Assembly (NCBI GenBank): GCA_041178425.1 | Contig: JBEGVH010000007.1 | Span: forward strand, 1 to 29,053 | Source of the DNA: Pseudomonadota bacterium | Lineage (GTDB): Bacteria; Bdellovibrionota; Bdellovibrionia; Bdellovibrionales; Bdellovibrionaceae | Direction of reading: 5' to 3' | Length of the DNA stretch: 29,053 nucleotides | Shown here: piece after piece, positions 8,147 through 16,529 of the stretch | Layout: each line of letters opens with the position of its first letter | Position numbering within the stretch: the first letter of the stretch is position 1 | Translations under genes and position numbers: made by a program | The notes under the pieces: model-generated | Database searches by the model: none | What the model was told of the DNA's origin: nothing | The model's input: the letters and a program-made list of their open reading frames with translations, nothing else

Positions 8147-9187
8147 ATGCGGCAATACCCAAGATTAGACCAACACCAGATACCCTATAAATTTGAGTAC
8201 ACTGACAAGCTAGTCAGGCTTCTGATGCGAATTGCAGAAACCAAGCCCTATTTAGAAGAATACTTGGGGCAGCCTCTAGAGCTTCAACTTTTACGACAAG
8301 CAAAGATATTAGCGATCACCTATTCAAACCAAATTGAAGGCAATAAGCTTGAAGTCAGAGGCGTGACGCAAATACTGGAAAGCAAAAAAGGAAAAACTTC
8401 TGACAAAGACATTATCGAAGTCAGAAATTACAGTGATGCTTTAGACTATGTCGGAGTTTTGGCAGGGGAAAAAGAAAAAATAAAAATCGCAGATATGTGT
8501 GATATTCAAAAACTAATTACAAAAGACTTACTGGCTGATAAAAACCAATGGGGAAACGTCCGAACTGTAAAAGTTGAAATTGCAGATGCGAATACCGGAA
8601 AAAAGATTGACGATGTTCCTGAACCTCATTTTTTAAAAGAACTCCTCACTGAGCTTTGGGAATGGTTAGACGAAAACTCGGAGGTTAATCCATTTGTAAA
8701 AGCGTTTGCTTTTCATTATCTTGCTGTTGCTATACATCCTTTCGCGGATGGCAATGGACGCACAGTTCGCCTAATGCAACATTTGCTTCTTTTAAAAAAC
8801 GGTGAATCGATTGCCAAGTTTGTACCCAGCGAAACTGCAATTATGGCAACAAGGGACCGCTATTATTCTTCGATCAGGCGGTGTAAAAGTCTTAGTTCGC
8901 TGAATCCCATAGTTGAGTATCTAGCCGAATGTTTCGCGATTTCAGCGGAGCAGGTTATTGCCGATGGGAAAAAACTTGTTAAAAAAAGTATCGATCGAAA
9001 GCCCGAGGCTCGACGAGAAAAAATTGTTTCCTTCAGCAAACAGAAAAAAGAATTCACTCTGCAGGATATTTTGAATCTGCTGCCGGATGTACCTAGAAGA
9101 ACTGTGCAAAGAGATCTTGAGGCCCTTGTAAATGATAAGAAGATCAAAGCAAAAGGTGATAACAAAGCGCGGATTTATTTTAGATAA
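8147..9187 (+). CDS. Fic-family protein (class II, N-terminal inhibitory motif) with C-terminal winged HTH
   Basis: Canonical HPFADGNGRTVR; SNQIEG matches (S/T)xxxE(G/N); C-terminal LQDILNLLPDVPRRTVQRDLEALV...G...RIY is DeoR-like wHTH. Alternative start 8129. Confidence 0.93.
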   Translation: MRQYPRLDQHQIPYKFEYTDKLVRLLMRIAETKPYLEEYLGQPLELQLLRQAKILAITYSNQIEGNKLEVRGVTQILESKKGKTSDKDIIEVRNYSDALDYVGVLAGEKEKIKIADMCDIQKLITKDLLADKNQWGNVRTVKVEIADANTGKKIDDVPEPHFLKELLTELWEWLDENSEVNPFVKAFAFHYLAVAIHPFADGNGRTVRLMQHLLLLKNGESIAKFVPSETAIMATRDRYYSSIRRCKSLSSLNPIVEYLAECFAISAEQVIADGKKLVKKSIDRKPEARREKIVSFSKQKKEFTLQDILNLLPDVPRRTVQRDLEALVNDKKIKAKGDNKARIYFR

Positions 9188-9214
9188 GCGAGGCCCATCG
9201 AACGATTAGAACAG

Positions 9215-9271
9215 TAGTTGTGGAAGGCCCTAAAACAAAAAAACCACCTTGCGGTGGTTTAATTTGGATGG
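9215..9271. repeat. 57-bp direct repeat, copy 2
   Basis: Identical to 7943-7999; its last 7 bp are the tRNA 3' end (CCATCCA on minus). Confidence 0.97.
9237..9260 (-). terminator. Intrinsic terminator of tRNA-Gln (possibly bidirectional, also for fic)
   Basis: Minus strand AAACCACC-GCAA-GGTGGTTT-TTTT with a GNRA tetraloop, 4 nt after CCA. Confidence 0.85.
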
Positions 9272-9340
9272 GGTACCAGGACTCGAACCTGGGAATGTCA
9301 GAATCAAAATCTGATGCCTTACCAACTTGGCGATACCCCA
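9265..9340 (-). tRNA. tRNA-Gln (TTG)
   Basis: TGGGGTATCGCCAAGTTGGTAAGGCATCAGATTTTGATTCTGACATTCCCAGGTTCGAGTCCTGGTACCCCATCCA: 76 nt, anticodon arm TCAGA-TT-TTG-AT-TCTGA, TTCGA T-loop, U1-A72, encoded CCA. Confidence 0.98.
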
Positions 9341-9364
9341 ACAGCGATAGCTTTTAGACCCCTA

Positions 9365-9393
9365 AAACTAAGGATAACCACTAAAGAAGGCAA
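9365..9393 (-). promoter_or_regulatory. Putative sigma70 promoter of tRNA-Gln
   Basis: TTGCCT-N17-TAGTTT, 25 nt upstream of the tRNA, with an A/T-rich UP-like tract. Confidence 0.6.
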
Positions 9394-9483
9394 GAAAAAA
9401 ATTAAAGGGTGGAGAAAAAAATCTCCACAACCAAAAAATGCCGAAGCGGTTTGCAGTTTCTGGAAAAGAATCCTTACTTCGCT

Positions 9484-9801
9484 TTATTCCATGTCGTAGG
9501 CATCGACGTCGCGACTGCGACGAATGTTTGTGAGGCTCTCTCCCATGGCTTTGATTTCGTTTTCAAAGGCCTCAAAAATGAGATCCTCAATTTCTGCTCG
9601 AGTTTCTTGGTTGAGGGGGTGGGCGATATCCCTAAACTGGCCATCTTTGCGCTTCTTGCTAGGCATGGCTACAAATAAACCATTGGGGCCCTGAATGATC
9701 TTTAGGTCGCGGACAACGAAACAATTGTCGATAGTGATACTAACGTAGGCTTTAAGTCTCTCTTCGTTGACGGGGAATATCTTAACCTCGGTGATCTTCA
9801 T
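9484..9801 (-). CDS. spoVG: SpoVG family nucleic-acid-binding regulator
   Basis: MKITEVKI...LKAYVSITIDNCFVVRDLKIIQGPNGLFVAMPSKK...FRDIAHPLNQETR; AAGGAGA RBS before ATG 9801. Confidence 0.96.
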   Translation of the reverse strand: MKITEVKIFPVNEERLKAYVSITIDNCFVVRDLKIIQGPNGLFVAMPSKKRKDGQFRDIAHPLNQETRAEIEDLIFEAFENEIKAMGESLTNIRRSRDVDAYDME

Positions 9802-9996
9802 GGCGGTCTCCTTTGCTGAAATGCAATGCTCAGTCATCAATGCTGTTAATCAGGAAACGGACCGGTATTTATAACTATATGCGTTAAATTGATAAATTAA
9901 AAGGCTTTTTCTCAAAATAAGACAATCTTAACCGGTTGTTTAAATGTAGTGAAGGCAGCCGTTAAGATGCAGTTTGATGGTGTTGGGCCTCCTCAA

Positions 9997-11214
9997 CTAA
10001 AGGGGCTCTTCGAAAAATTCTAAGTCTTTTCCGTAGCTTTCGCTCAAACGGAAATATCCCCAAAGAGCCACTCCAAAGCTAAATAAACCAACCATTAAGG
10101 CGCTTTGCTGGAGACTCATACGGGCCATTCCCCAGTTCAGAAGGGTTGTTAGAATAACCACTGTTCCGCGCACAAAATTAGGAGTCGTTGTGGCGATGGT
10201 TGCTCGCAGATTAGTTCCGAATTGCTCTGCCGCAATAGTCACAAAAATAGCCCAATAGCCCGAAGCAAGACCGAGCATAAAACAGAGCGTATAGAATGCG
10301 GAAGGACTGCTCCAGTGATTAGCAAGGTAAATTCCCATGAGAAGAAAATTGAAGATGAGAAACAGGCCCACAACCTTTTTGCGAGATCGCATCCACTGAC
10401 TGAGAAGACCACTCAGAAGGTCGCCGAGCGAAAGGCCTGCATAATTAAACATAATTGCTTTACCAGCAGTAATAGGTTCCGTGAGGCTCCAGCTTTTGCT
10501 CATTTCGGGGGCGAAGGTGATGAGGATTCCTACAACGAACCATATGGGCACGCCGATCGCTACGCATGAAAGAAACCGAACAAGGCGCTCCTTGCTTTGA
10601 AAGAGGAGTTTTAAATTGCCGGCATTTTCGTTCTTTGAGTGCACAAACATAGGGGATTCTTTAACCGAGACACGAAGTAAAAGGAGTGAGAGACCCATCA
10701 GGCCCCCGATGATGTAAGACACCCGCCATGGCACAAGGCCGGCAACCAGTCCGGCCACGACGGCCCCTAGTATGCCGAAGCTCGCAACGATCGTTGTTCC
10801 TAATCCCCTTGTTTCTTTTGACAAAACTTCACTCACCAAAGTGATTGCGGCTCCTAACTCTCCAGCCAAACCCAAACCAGCAATAAATCGTAGTGCTACG
10901 TAAGATGGAATATCTTGAACAAATCCATTTAAGAGGTTGGCAATTGAGTACAAAAAGATCGAACCAAAGAGCACCGACAATCGGCCTTTTTTATCACCCC
11001 AAACACCCCATAAGATGCCGCCGATGAGAAGTCCAGCCATTTGGGCGTTGATCAAGAGCATGCCTTTTTCGAGGACTTCGGTATCGTTAAGTCCAAGATC
11101 TTTTAAACTGCTCACTCTAACAATGCTAAAGAGAAGGAGGTCATAGATGTCGACAAAATATCCAAGGGCACTGACGAGAACAGCACGATGAAAAATGGAA
11201 GCTCTGAGGCTCAT
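9997..11214 (-). CDS. MFS transporter
   Basis: LGYFVDIYDLLLF, motif A GVWGDKKGR, LRFIAGLGLAGE, AEQFGTNLRAT; about 12 TM helices; AGGAG RBS. Confidence 0.93.
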   Translation of the reverse strand: MSLRASIFHRAVLVSALGYFVDIYDLLLFSIVRVSSLKDLGLNDTEVLEKGMLLINAQMAGLLIGGILWGVWGDKKGRLSVLFGSIFLYSIANLLNGFVQDIPSYVALRFIAGLGLAGELGAAITLVSEVLSKETRGLGTTIVASFGILGAVVAGLVAGLVPWRVSYIIGGLMGLSLLLLRVSVKESPMFVHSKNENAGNLKLLFQSKERLVRFLSCVAIGVPIWFVVGILITFAPEMSKSWSLTEPITAGKAIMFNYAGLSLGDLLSGLLSQWMRSRKKVVGLFLIFNFLLMGIYLANHWSSPSAFYTLCFMLGLASGYWAIFVTIAAEQFGTNLRATIATTTPNFVRGTVVILTTLLNWGMARMSLQQSALMVGLFSFGVALWGYFRLSESYGKDLEFFEEPL

Positions 11215-11299
11215 AATAGTCTCCTATTTGTTCAGAGAAACTAGAAAGTCCGTGAGAATGCAAGCAACTGCTCATGAAAGTAAAGGTGCGTTGAATTTT

Positions 11300-13210
11300 C
11301 TACGCAGATTGGGAATCTTTTTTCGATTTGTCGGAGGCAGAAGGATCCTGGGGAGTATCATCAGGTAAGAGGCCGGCAGCCTCGCGAATTACTGTGATTT
11401 CTAATAAGTCTACTTCTTGGGAGTACTCAGAGGTAAAAGTCTCTTGCGTTTCGACTGGCGGATTAAAGGCAAGGTGGAGGGCCGACTCTTCAGTTCCCGA
11501 AACAACTTCTAAAACCTCTACAACAGCCGGAAGTTCGGGCTCAGGGGTGGTAGGGGCGGTTGAAGTTTGAGTGATGCCAACCACAGTCTCTTCGTTAAAT
11601 TCGGTATTAGTGGCAGCTTCGTTTATTTGTGGTGAGTCGACAGGCTCTTGCAGTTGGATTTGTTGTTCTTGTGGTACTTCGAAATCGAAGGCCAATTGAT
11701 CTTCGATGGAAACCTCAATGCCGATCACGGTCTCTTCAGCAAGTTCTACTTCAAAATCAGGATCAGTGTGTTGAACTGTTCGTTGAACATCTTCTAACGG
11801 GTCGCCCTCGAAGTGAGGCTGCAACGCCGCAATCGAAAACTCAAAATCATCTTGCACCTTATGGTCACTTTGAATGACCTCATTTGCTTGCTTCTGATCA
11901 TCGGTCGATGGCGCAGTCGTAGCAGGGAAGTCTGTTACGATGGGCTTTATCTCTTCAATCACAGAGGGTGTCGCGACGGAAACTTTTGCCTCTGGTATTA
12001 CTTCGGCAGCGAGAGGAGATGGCGGGGGTTGAGCGACCGCAGCGGATATTGCAGAACCGTTGACAAGAGGTTCTGGCGGCGGCGGAGGTGGTGGTGGAGT
12101 CACTTTAATCTTTTGCAGCTTGGGTGATGCTCGTAAAGTTCTAGATACATCGTCTGAGTTTAATCGAGGATTGGGAGGCGGTGGGGGGCTTTGAGGCGTG
12201 AAGACGAGGCGGGGTAGCACGCCTTCTTTTACGTCACCGTCTTCGCTAGAAGTTTTTTTATTCGAGGCCGAACTCAATTCATCGGTAGCCGCAGAGCTCG
12301 CCGCTTTTGAATTGGCCTGAGGGTCTTTGCTGATGAAATGCTCGCGAAGCTGATTACCAAGATCCGTCAGTTCTTGAAACTCATCACTCGATCGAACCTT
12401 GAAAAATCGGTAATTTCCTGAGAGGAGATCTTGTACATATTTTTCAAAGGCATAGACGGGCCCCGCGACTCGCAATGAAAGCAACTTGCCAATGAGATAA
12501 AGGCCTCCGAGAAAAATTCCATTAACCGCCCCAAGGCTAAGCGCAAAAGGGATCAAATAGCGTTCGGCCAAATCGTGGTTGTCTCCGGTGAGAGTCAATA
12601 GCGTAACGCGAAGGTAGGTATAAGAAAATATTCCCGCGATAACTCCCATGCCGAGGCCGACCGTCATTAAGATCAAAAAATATTTGATCTGAAAACGAAA
12701 GTTGACCCATTGGGTTTTTCTCACATTGGTTTCTGGCCAAAAAATCTCAGCATGTTTCACGAGGCTGTACATAATCATAATGTGCCCAACCCACTGAATC
12801 GCATCGGCCACATTAAAGATAGGTGTGAGTTGAGAGCCATAGCGAAAGCTGATGAAATCAACAACATGTCCCCACGCAATGCGATCGGCGACATTGCCGA
12901 TAATTCCACCAAGTAGCAAAGACATTCCAATTCTCAAAATCATCGCTCTGCTGGGGATCAAATACTGCAATATAAAATAAGTAAAAATGAGAAAAGCTCC
13001 GCCGGTGGAAAGTGTGACAACTCGGAGAACCGAGGGCAGTTGACTAAATAGGCCTAGTATTGCACCAGGGTTGTAGTGGAGCGAGAAAAGCATATAGCCA
13101 TAATCCTGGGTGCCAACAAGCTTGAGAGCTTCAAGCTTTGTCCAGCGATCTAAGCCCCAGGTTGCGCCAAGGGCAAAGAGAATCCAAAACCAATCCTTTT
13201 TGCTTAACAT
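11300..13210 (-). CDS. lspA: Lipoprotein signal peptidase II domain fused to 2TM-HAMP-like module and long Pro/Glu-rich disordered tail
   Basis: LDRWTK, YNPGA, GNVADR, VVDF and FNVAD motifs; then TM helices and RVAGPVYAFEKYVQDLLSG...RSSDEFQEL (HAMP-like); poly-Pro and acidic tail. GAGGAG RBS before ATG 13210. Confidence 0.85.
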   Translation of the reverse strand: MLSKKDWFWILFALGATWGLDRWTKLEALKLVGTQDYGYMLFSLHYNPGAILGLFSQLPSVLRVVTLSTGGAFLIFTYFILQYLIPSRAMILRIGMSLLLGGIIGNVADRIAWGHVVDFISFRYGSQLTPIFNVADAIQWVGHIMIMYSLVKHAEIFWPETNVRKTQWVNFRFQIKYFLILMTVGLGMGVIAGIFSYTYLRVTLLTLTGDNHDLAERYLIPFALSLGAVNGIFLGGLYLIGKLLSLRVAGPVYAFEKYVQDLLSGNYRFFKVRSSDEFQELTDLGNQLREHFISKDPQANSKAASSAATDELSSASNKKTSSEDGDVKEGVLPRLVFTPQSPPPPPNPRLNSDDVSRTLRASPKLQKIKVTPPPPPPPPEPLVNGSAISAAVAQPPPSPLAAEVIPEAKVSVATPSVIEEIKPIVTDFPATTAPSTDDQKQANEVIQSDHKVQDDFEFSIAALQPHFEGDPLEDVQRTVQHTDPDFEVELAEETVIGIEVSIEDQLAFDFEVPQEQQIQLQEPVDSPQINEAATNTEFNEETVVGITQTSTAPTTPEPELPAVVEVLEVVSGTEESALHLAFNPPVETQETFTSEYSQEVDLLEITVIREAAGLLPDDTPQDPSASDKSKKDSQSA

Positions 13211-13229
13211 CAAAATACTCCTCGACGTC

Positions 13230-13256
13230 CTATCGGCAATTTAGGAGAGGAGGTTA
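13230..13256 (-). promoter_or_regulatory. Putative sigma28 (FliA) promoter
   Basis: TAAC-N15-GCCGATAG versus consensus TAAA-N15-GCCGATAA, 20 nt upstream of the lspA-fusion start. Confidence 0.7.
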
Positions 13257-13438
13257 GGTTTTATGTTAGAATTTCAGTTTTAATTTAAATATTTAGACCT
13301 AGACGAATGACTTTGGTCAGGGTCTGGTTTAGGTTAATCAAAAGCGAGATCAGACCAAAGAAAAGCTTTTGTTAAGCTTTGGTGAAGTCGTCCGTTTGGC
13401 CGTGTCTTCTCATCGAAAAAGTGGCAATAATGGAATTA

Positions 13439-15586
13439 ATGACGACCAAGAAGTTAAAGAAAATATCAAAAAAGAAGTCGATGATGGACCCTCTTATGGA
13501 TCCCTCTCCCGATTTTGTGTTGCGTGACTTGAGCTGGCTCAACTTTAACAGGCGTGTTTTGCATGAAGCAAAAGATGATCGAACTCCTCTTTTAGAAAGG
13601 CTTCGCTTTCTTACCATTTTTTACTCCAATCTTGATGAGTTCTTCATGAAAAGAGTAGGCAACTTGAAGCGCCATGCGAGTCTCGGTTTGTCTATGAAAA
13701 ATCGTGAGGGTTTGACGTGGGAAAAAATGCACACGGATGTTCGTGAAAAAGTCGGGCATTTGGTTCGAGAGGCCCACGAAACGTTTGAAAAAGATATTCG
13801 CCGTCAGTTAAAAAATCACGGGATTGAGTTTTTAAAATGGGACGAGTTGAAGTCCGAAGAAAAGACTGAACTTCATGCTTATTTTCGTCGTCAAGTTTTT
13901 CCGGTTTTGACCCCCCTTTCTGTTGATTCAGGACACCCTTTTCCGTTTATCTCAAATCTTTCTACGTCTCTTGGTGTAGCTCTTACCTACCCTGATCGCG
14001 AGGGCAAATTATTCGCCAGAGTAAAGATTCCTAGAGTCTTACCACAGTGGATAAAAACGAGCGGCTCGGGATACCGATTCATAAGTCTCTTAGATTTAGT
14101 CAGAGCAAATGTTCAGGAGCTCTTTCCGGCGATGAATGTTTTGTCGGTTATGCCTTTTAGGGTCACGAGAGATGTCGATGTTGAACGAGACGAAGAAGAC
14201 GTCGAAGATTTACTTGAAATGATCGAAGAAGAAATCAAACAAAGACGGTTTGCATCGATTGTTCGTGTCGAATATCTAAGGCCCGGAGATCCATGGATCA
14301 TTAAATTTTTGGGCGAAGAACTTGAAATCAGCGAGGGAGACTTTTACGAAAATCCAATGCCACTCGATTATATGAACTTTCAATCGGTCGTGGATCTTAA
14401 CCTTTCACATCTCAAATACGATCCATGGGTTCCGCGGGTTCCTGCTGCTTTTCTTGATGAGGGGTCGATTTTCAATCTCCTGAGAAACAGTGATTACCTT
14501 ATTCATAATCCCTATGAGAGCTTTGGCGCGACCGTTGAACGTTTTATCAGTGATGCGGCCGTTGATCCTAAGGTTCTAGCTATTAAGATGACCTTGTATC
14601 GCACGGGCGACAACAGTCCCTTTGTGAAAGCCTTGGTGAGGGCGGCAGAAGCTGGTAAACAAGTCGTTTGTTTAGTAGAGTTGAAAGCGCGCTTTGATGA
14701 GGAAAGAAATATTTTCTGGGCGCAAGAGCTTGAAAAAGCCGGTGTGCATGTTGTTTATGGAATTGTTGGCCTAAAAACTCATTCAAAACTTGCCCTGGTG
14801 GTTCGCCAAGAACCTGACGGATTAAAGTGCTATTGCCACATTGGAACTGGGAACTATAATTCTTCGACGGCCCGTCTTTATACCGATTTAGGTTTCATGA
14901 CGACCAAGGAAGCCATTACTTCAGAAGTGATAGAGCTTTTCAATTACCTCACGGGGCGCTCTTTGCGAACGAGTTATCAGAAGCTTCTGGTTGCTCCCGT
15001 AAATATGTTTCAAAGATTTCAAGAAATGATTGAGAGGGAGAAAAGTATTGCGGCTAAGGGCGGTCCTTCCCATATCATCGCTAAGTGCAACAGCCTCGAA
15101 GAACGTCAGATTTCGCAGTCTCTCTATCGTGCTTCTCAGGCCAATGTTAAAATAGATCTCATTGTTCGCGGCTTTTGCTGTTTGCGTCCGCAAGTTCCGG
15201 GTTTGAGTGATAACATTCGAGTGATTAGTGTGATTGGAAGATTTTTGGAACACTCTCGTATTTATTATTTTCGAGCAGGAGCGGCCGATCCCATTGATGG
15301 TGAGTTTTATATTGGATCTGCAGATTGGATGCATCGAAACCTTCACGCGCGAGTAGAGGCGATTGTTCCGATTGAAGATCGTCCGTTGAAAGAAAAATGC
15401 TGGGATATTTTGCAAGTCATGTTGAATGATCAGCGTCAAGCATGGGATATGAAACCCACGGGTGAATTTGTACAGCGTACAGGCGGGAGTCAGGGAACAC
15501 ACGCTCAGTTGATGAATCAAACGAAGGCTAAATACGGGCATCATATTGAAGAACCTAAGATTGAAACGGACGAATCCAAGAACTAA
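13439..15586 (+). CDS. ppk1: Polyphosphate kinase 1
   Basis: RDLSWLNFNRRVL, SNLDEFFMKRV, HPFPFISNLS, ELKARFDEERN, LKTHSK, GRFLEHSRIY, GSADWMHRNL. Start uncertain (13379-13481). Confidence 0.97.
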   Translation: MTTKKLKKISKKKSMMDPLMDPSPDFVLRDLSWLNFNRRVLHEAKDDRTPLLERLRFLTIFYSNLDEFFMKRVGNLKRHASLGLSMKNREGLTWEKMHTDVREKVGHLVREAHETFEKDIRRQLKNHGIEFLKWDELKSEEKTELHAYFRRQVFPVLTPLSVDSGHPFPFISNLSTSLGVALTYPDREGKLFARVKIPRVLPQWIKTSGSGYRFISLLDLVRANVQELFPAMNVLSVMPFRVTRDVDVERDEEDVEDLLEMIEEEIKQRRFASIVRVEYLRPGDPWIIKFLGEELEISEGDFYENPMPLDYMNFQSVVDLNLSHLKYDPWVPRVPAAFLDEGSIFNLLRNSDYLIHNPYESFGATVERFISDAAVDPKVLAIKMTLYRTGDNSPFVKALVRAAEAGKQVVCLVELKARFDEERNIFWAQELEKAGVHVVYGIVGLKTHSKLALVVRQEPDGLKCYCHIGTGNYNSSTARLYTDLGFMTTKEAITSEVIELFNYLTGRSLRTSYQKLLVAPVNMFQRFQEMIEREKSIAAKGGPSHIIAKCNSLEERQISQSLYRASQANVKIDLIVRGFCCLRPQVPGLSDNIRVISVIGRFLEHSRIYYFRAGAADPIDGEFYIGSADWMHRNLHARVEAIVPIEDRPLKEKCWDILQVMLNDQRQAWDMKPTGEFVQRTGGSQGTHAQLMNQTKAKYGHHIEEPKIETDESKN

Positions 15587-15698
15587 CGTTTTTCACAAGG
15601 CCCGTCTAAAAGTTTGACACTTCATTTTTTATTCAAAGTTTAGAGGCTCCATCAAACCAAACCAATGCGGCAATCTTGCAAAGTAATCAGCTTTTAGT

Positions 15699-15715
15699 TT
15701 GGCATAGGGATTGAA
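15699..15715 (+). promoter_or_regulatory. Putative sigma54 -24/-12 promoter
   Basis: TTGGCATAGGGATTGAA: TGGCA(Y)-N5-TTG with GA instead of GC at -12, 34 nt before the ATG. Confidence 0.6.
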
Positions 15716-15748
15716 TGCTCTAATTTCATGTCACTCCGAGGAGGCCCT

Positions 15749-16432
15749 ATGAAAAAAATTAAATTAGTTTCGGTGTTGCTCCTCTGCGGACTCGTTGCGC
15801 TCAGTGGTTGCGATAGCAAGAAAACGGCCCGCTCGAATGCTGCGAGAGTTGCACGGGGTGGTACAAACTCTAATTATCTACAGGGTGGTTACAACCAGGG
15901 TGGAAACACGGGTCCCTATAATCAGGGTGGTACATATCAAGGGGGGCAGTACTCCGGAACCTCCACGAGTCAGTGGGCCTATATTCAATCAAACGATCCA
16001 AATAATTTTTATCAATCGGTTCAAGGGCTTATTTCAGCCTCAATGAATCCTCAAGAATTAGGGCATGTGAATTCTTCGGGAGATGTAGCGATTATTGGTT
16101 ATATCGATATGGATCAGGCAGGAAACGTTAATCGCAACAATACACGACTTCGAATTGAAATTTGGGATGAGTATGCACGATCTGGCTCGGCTTCAGAAAT
16201 TGCCCTCGCTTTTAATAGTCTGGCAAACTACTCCTATAATGGTAATCAAATAAGTCTTATTTTTCAGGATAACTACGGACAAGTTGTTGTGACTGGGCAG
16301 ATAAATCAAAATCTCTTTTCAGGCTCCGTTAGTTATCAAAATTCAGCTAGCTTTGATGGGGGTTCAAACCCTGCCGCTGGGGTTTTGGGCAACTTTCAAG
16401 TTTCTGCCTGCGGTTTCTTTAGATGCCAATAG
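15749..16432 (+). CDS. Lipoprotein of unknown function with G/Y/N/Q-rich repeats
   Basis: GAGGAGG RBS before ATG 15749, MKKIK n-region, lipobox LSGC, repeated Y(N)QGG units, C-terminal CGFFRC. Confidence 0.85.
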   Translation: MKKIKLVSVLLLCGLVALSGCDSKKTARSNAARVARGGTNSNYLQGGYNQGGNTGPYNQGGTYQGGQYSGTSTSQWAYIQSNDPNNFYQSVQGLISASMNPQELGHVNSSGDVAIIGYIDMDQAGNVNRNNTRLRIEIWDEYARSGSASEIALAFNSLANYSYNGNQISLIFQDNYGQVVVTGQINQNLFSGSVSYQNSASFDGGSNPAAGVLGNFQVSACGFFRCQ

Positions 16433-16529
16433 AGAAGAGGCATAAAGTCCCTCCGTTGGGCTTCGTTTTTTAATCTGATCCTCGATAAAAACCTTGCGTC
16501 TGAAGCTTTTTTGCGTTCCCATTGAGGCC

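Larger units (their letters stand above)
7943..9271. mobile_element. Putative tRNA-anchored single-gene cassette/mini-island carrying fic
   Basis: Perfect 57-bp direct repeats 1272 bp apart, the right copy overlapping the tRNA 3' end; no integrase inside. Confidence 0.7.

Noticed and set aside
9268..9268. U73 discriminator base in tRNA-Gln (G73 in E. coli)
   Set aside because: The same base is present in both repeat copies and the cloverleaf is otherwise normal; I cannot show from this window that it is unusual for the lineage.
9314..9678. Plus-strand ORFs 9314-9499 and 9409-9678
   Set aside because: They overlap the tRNA, its promoter and spoVG on the opposite strand.
12075..12190. GGC/GGT-rich runs as a DNA repeat element
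   Set aside because: Explained by poly-proline codons of the minus-strand lspA fusion.
14921..15544. 207-aa antisense ORF within ppk1 (likewise 555-926, 2874-3344, 23127-23552 and other short overlapping ORFs)
   Set aside because: Shadow frames of well-supported genes, with no motifs or RBS.
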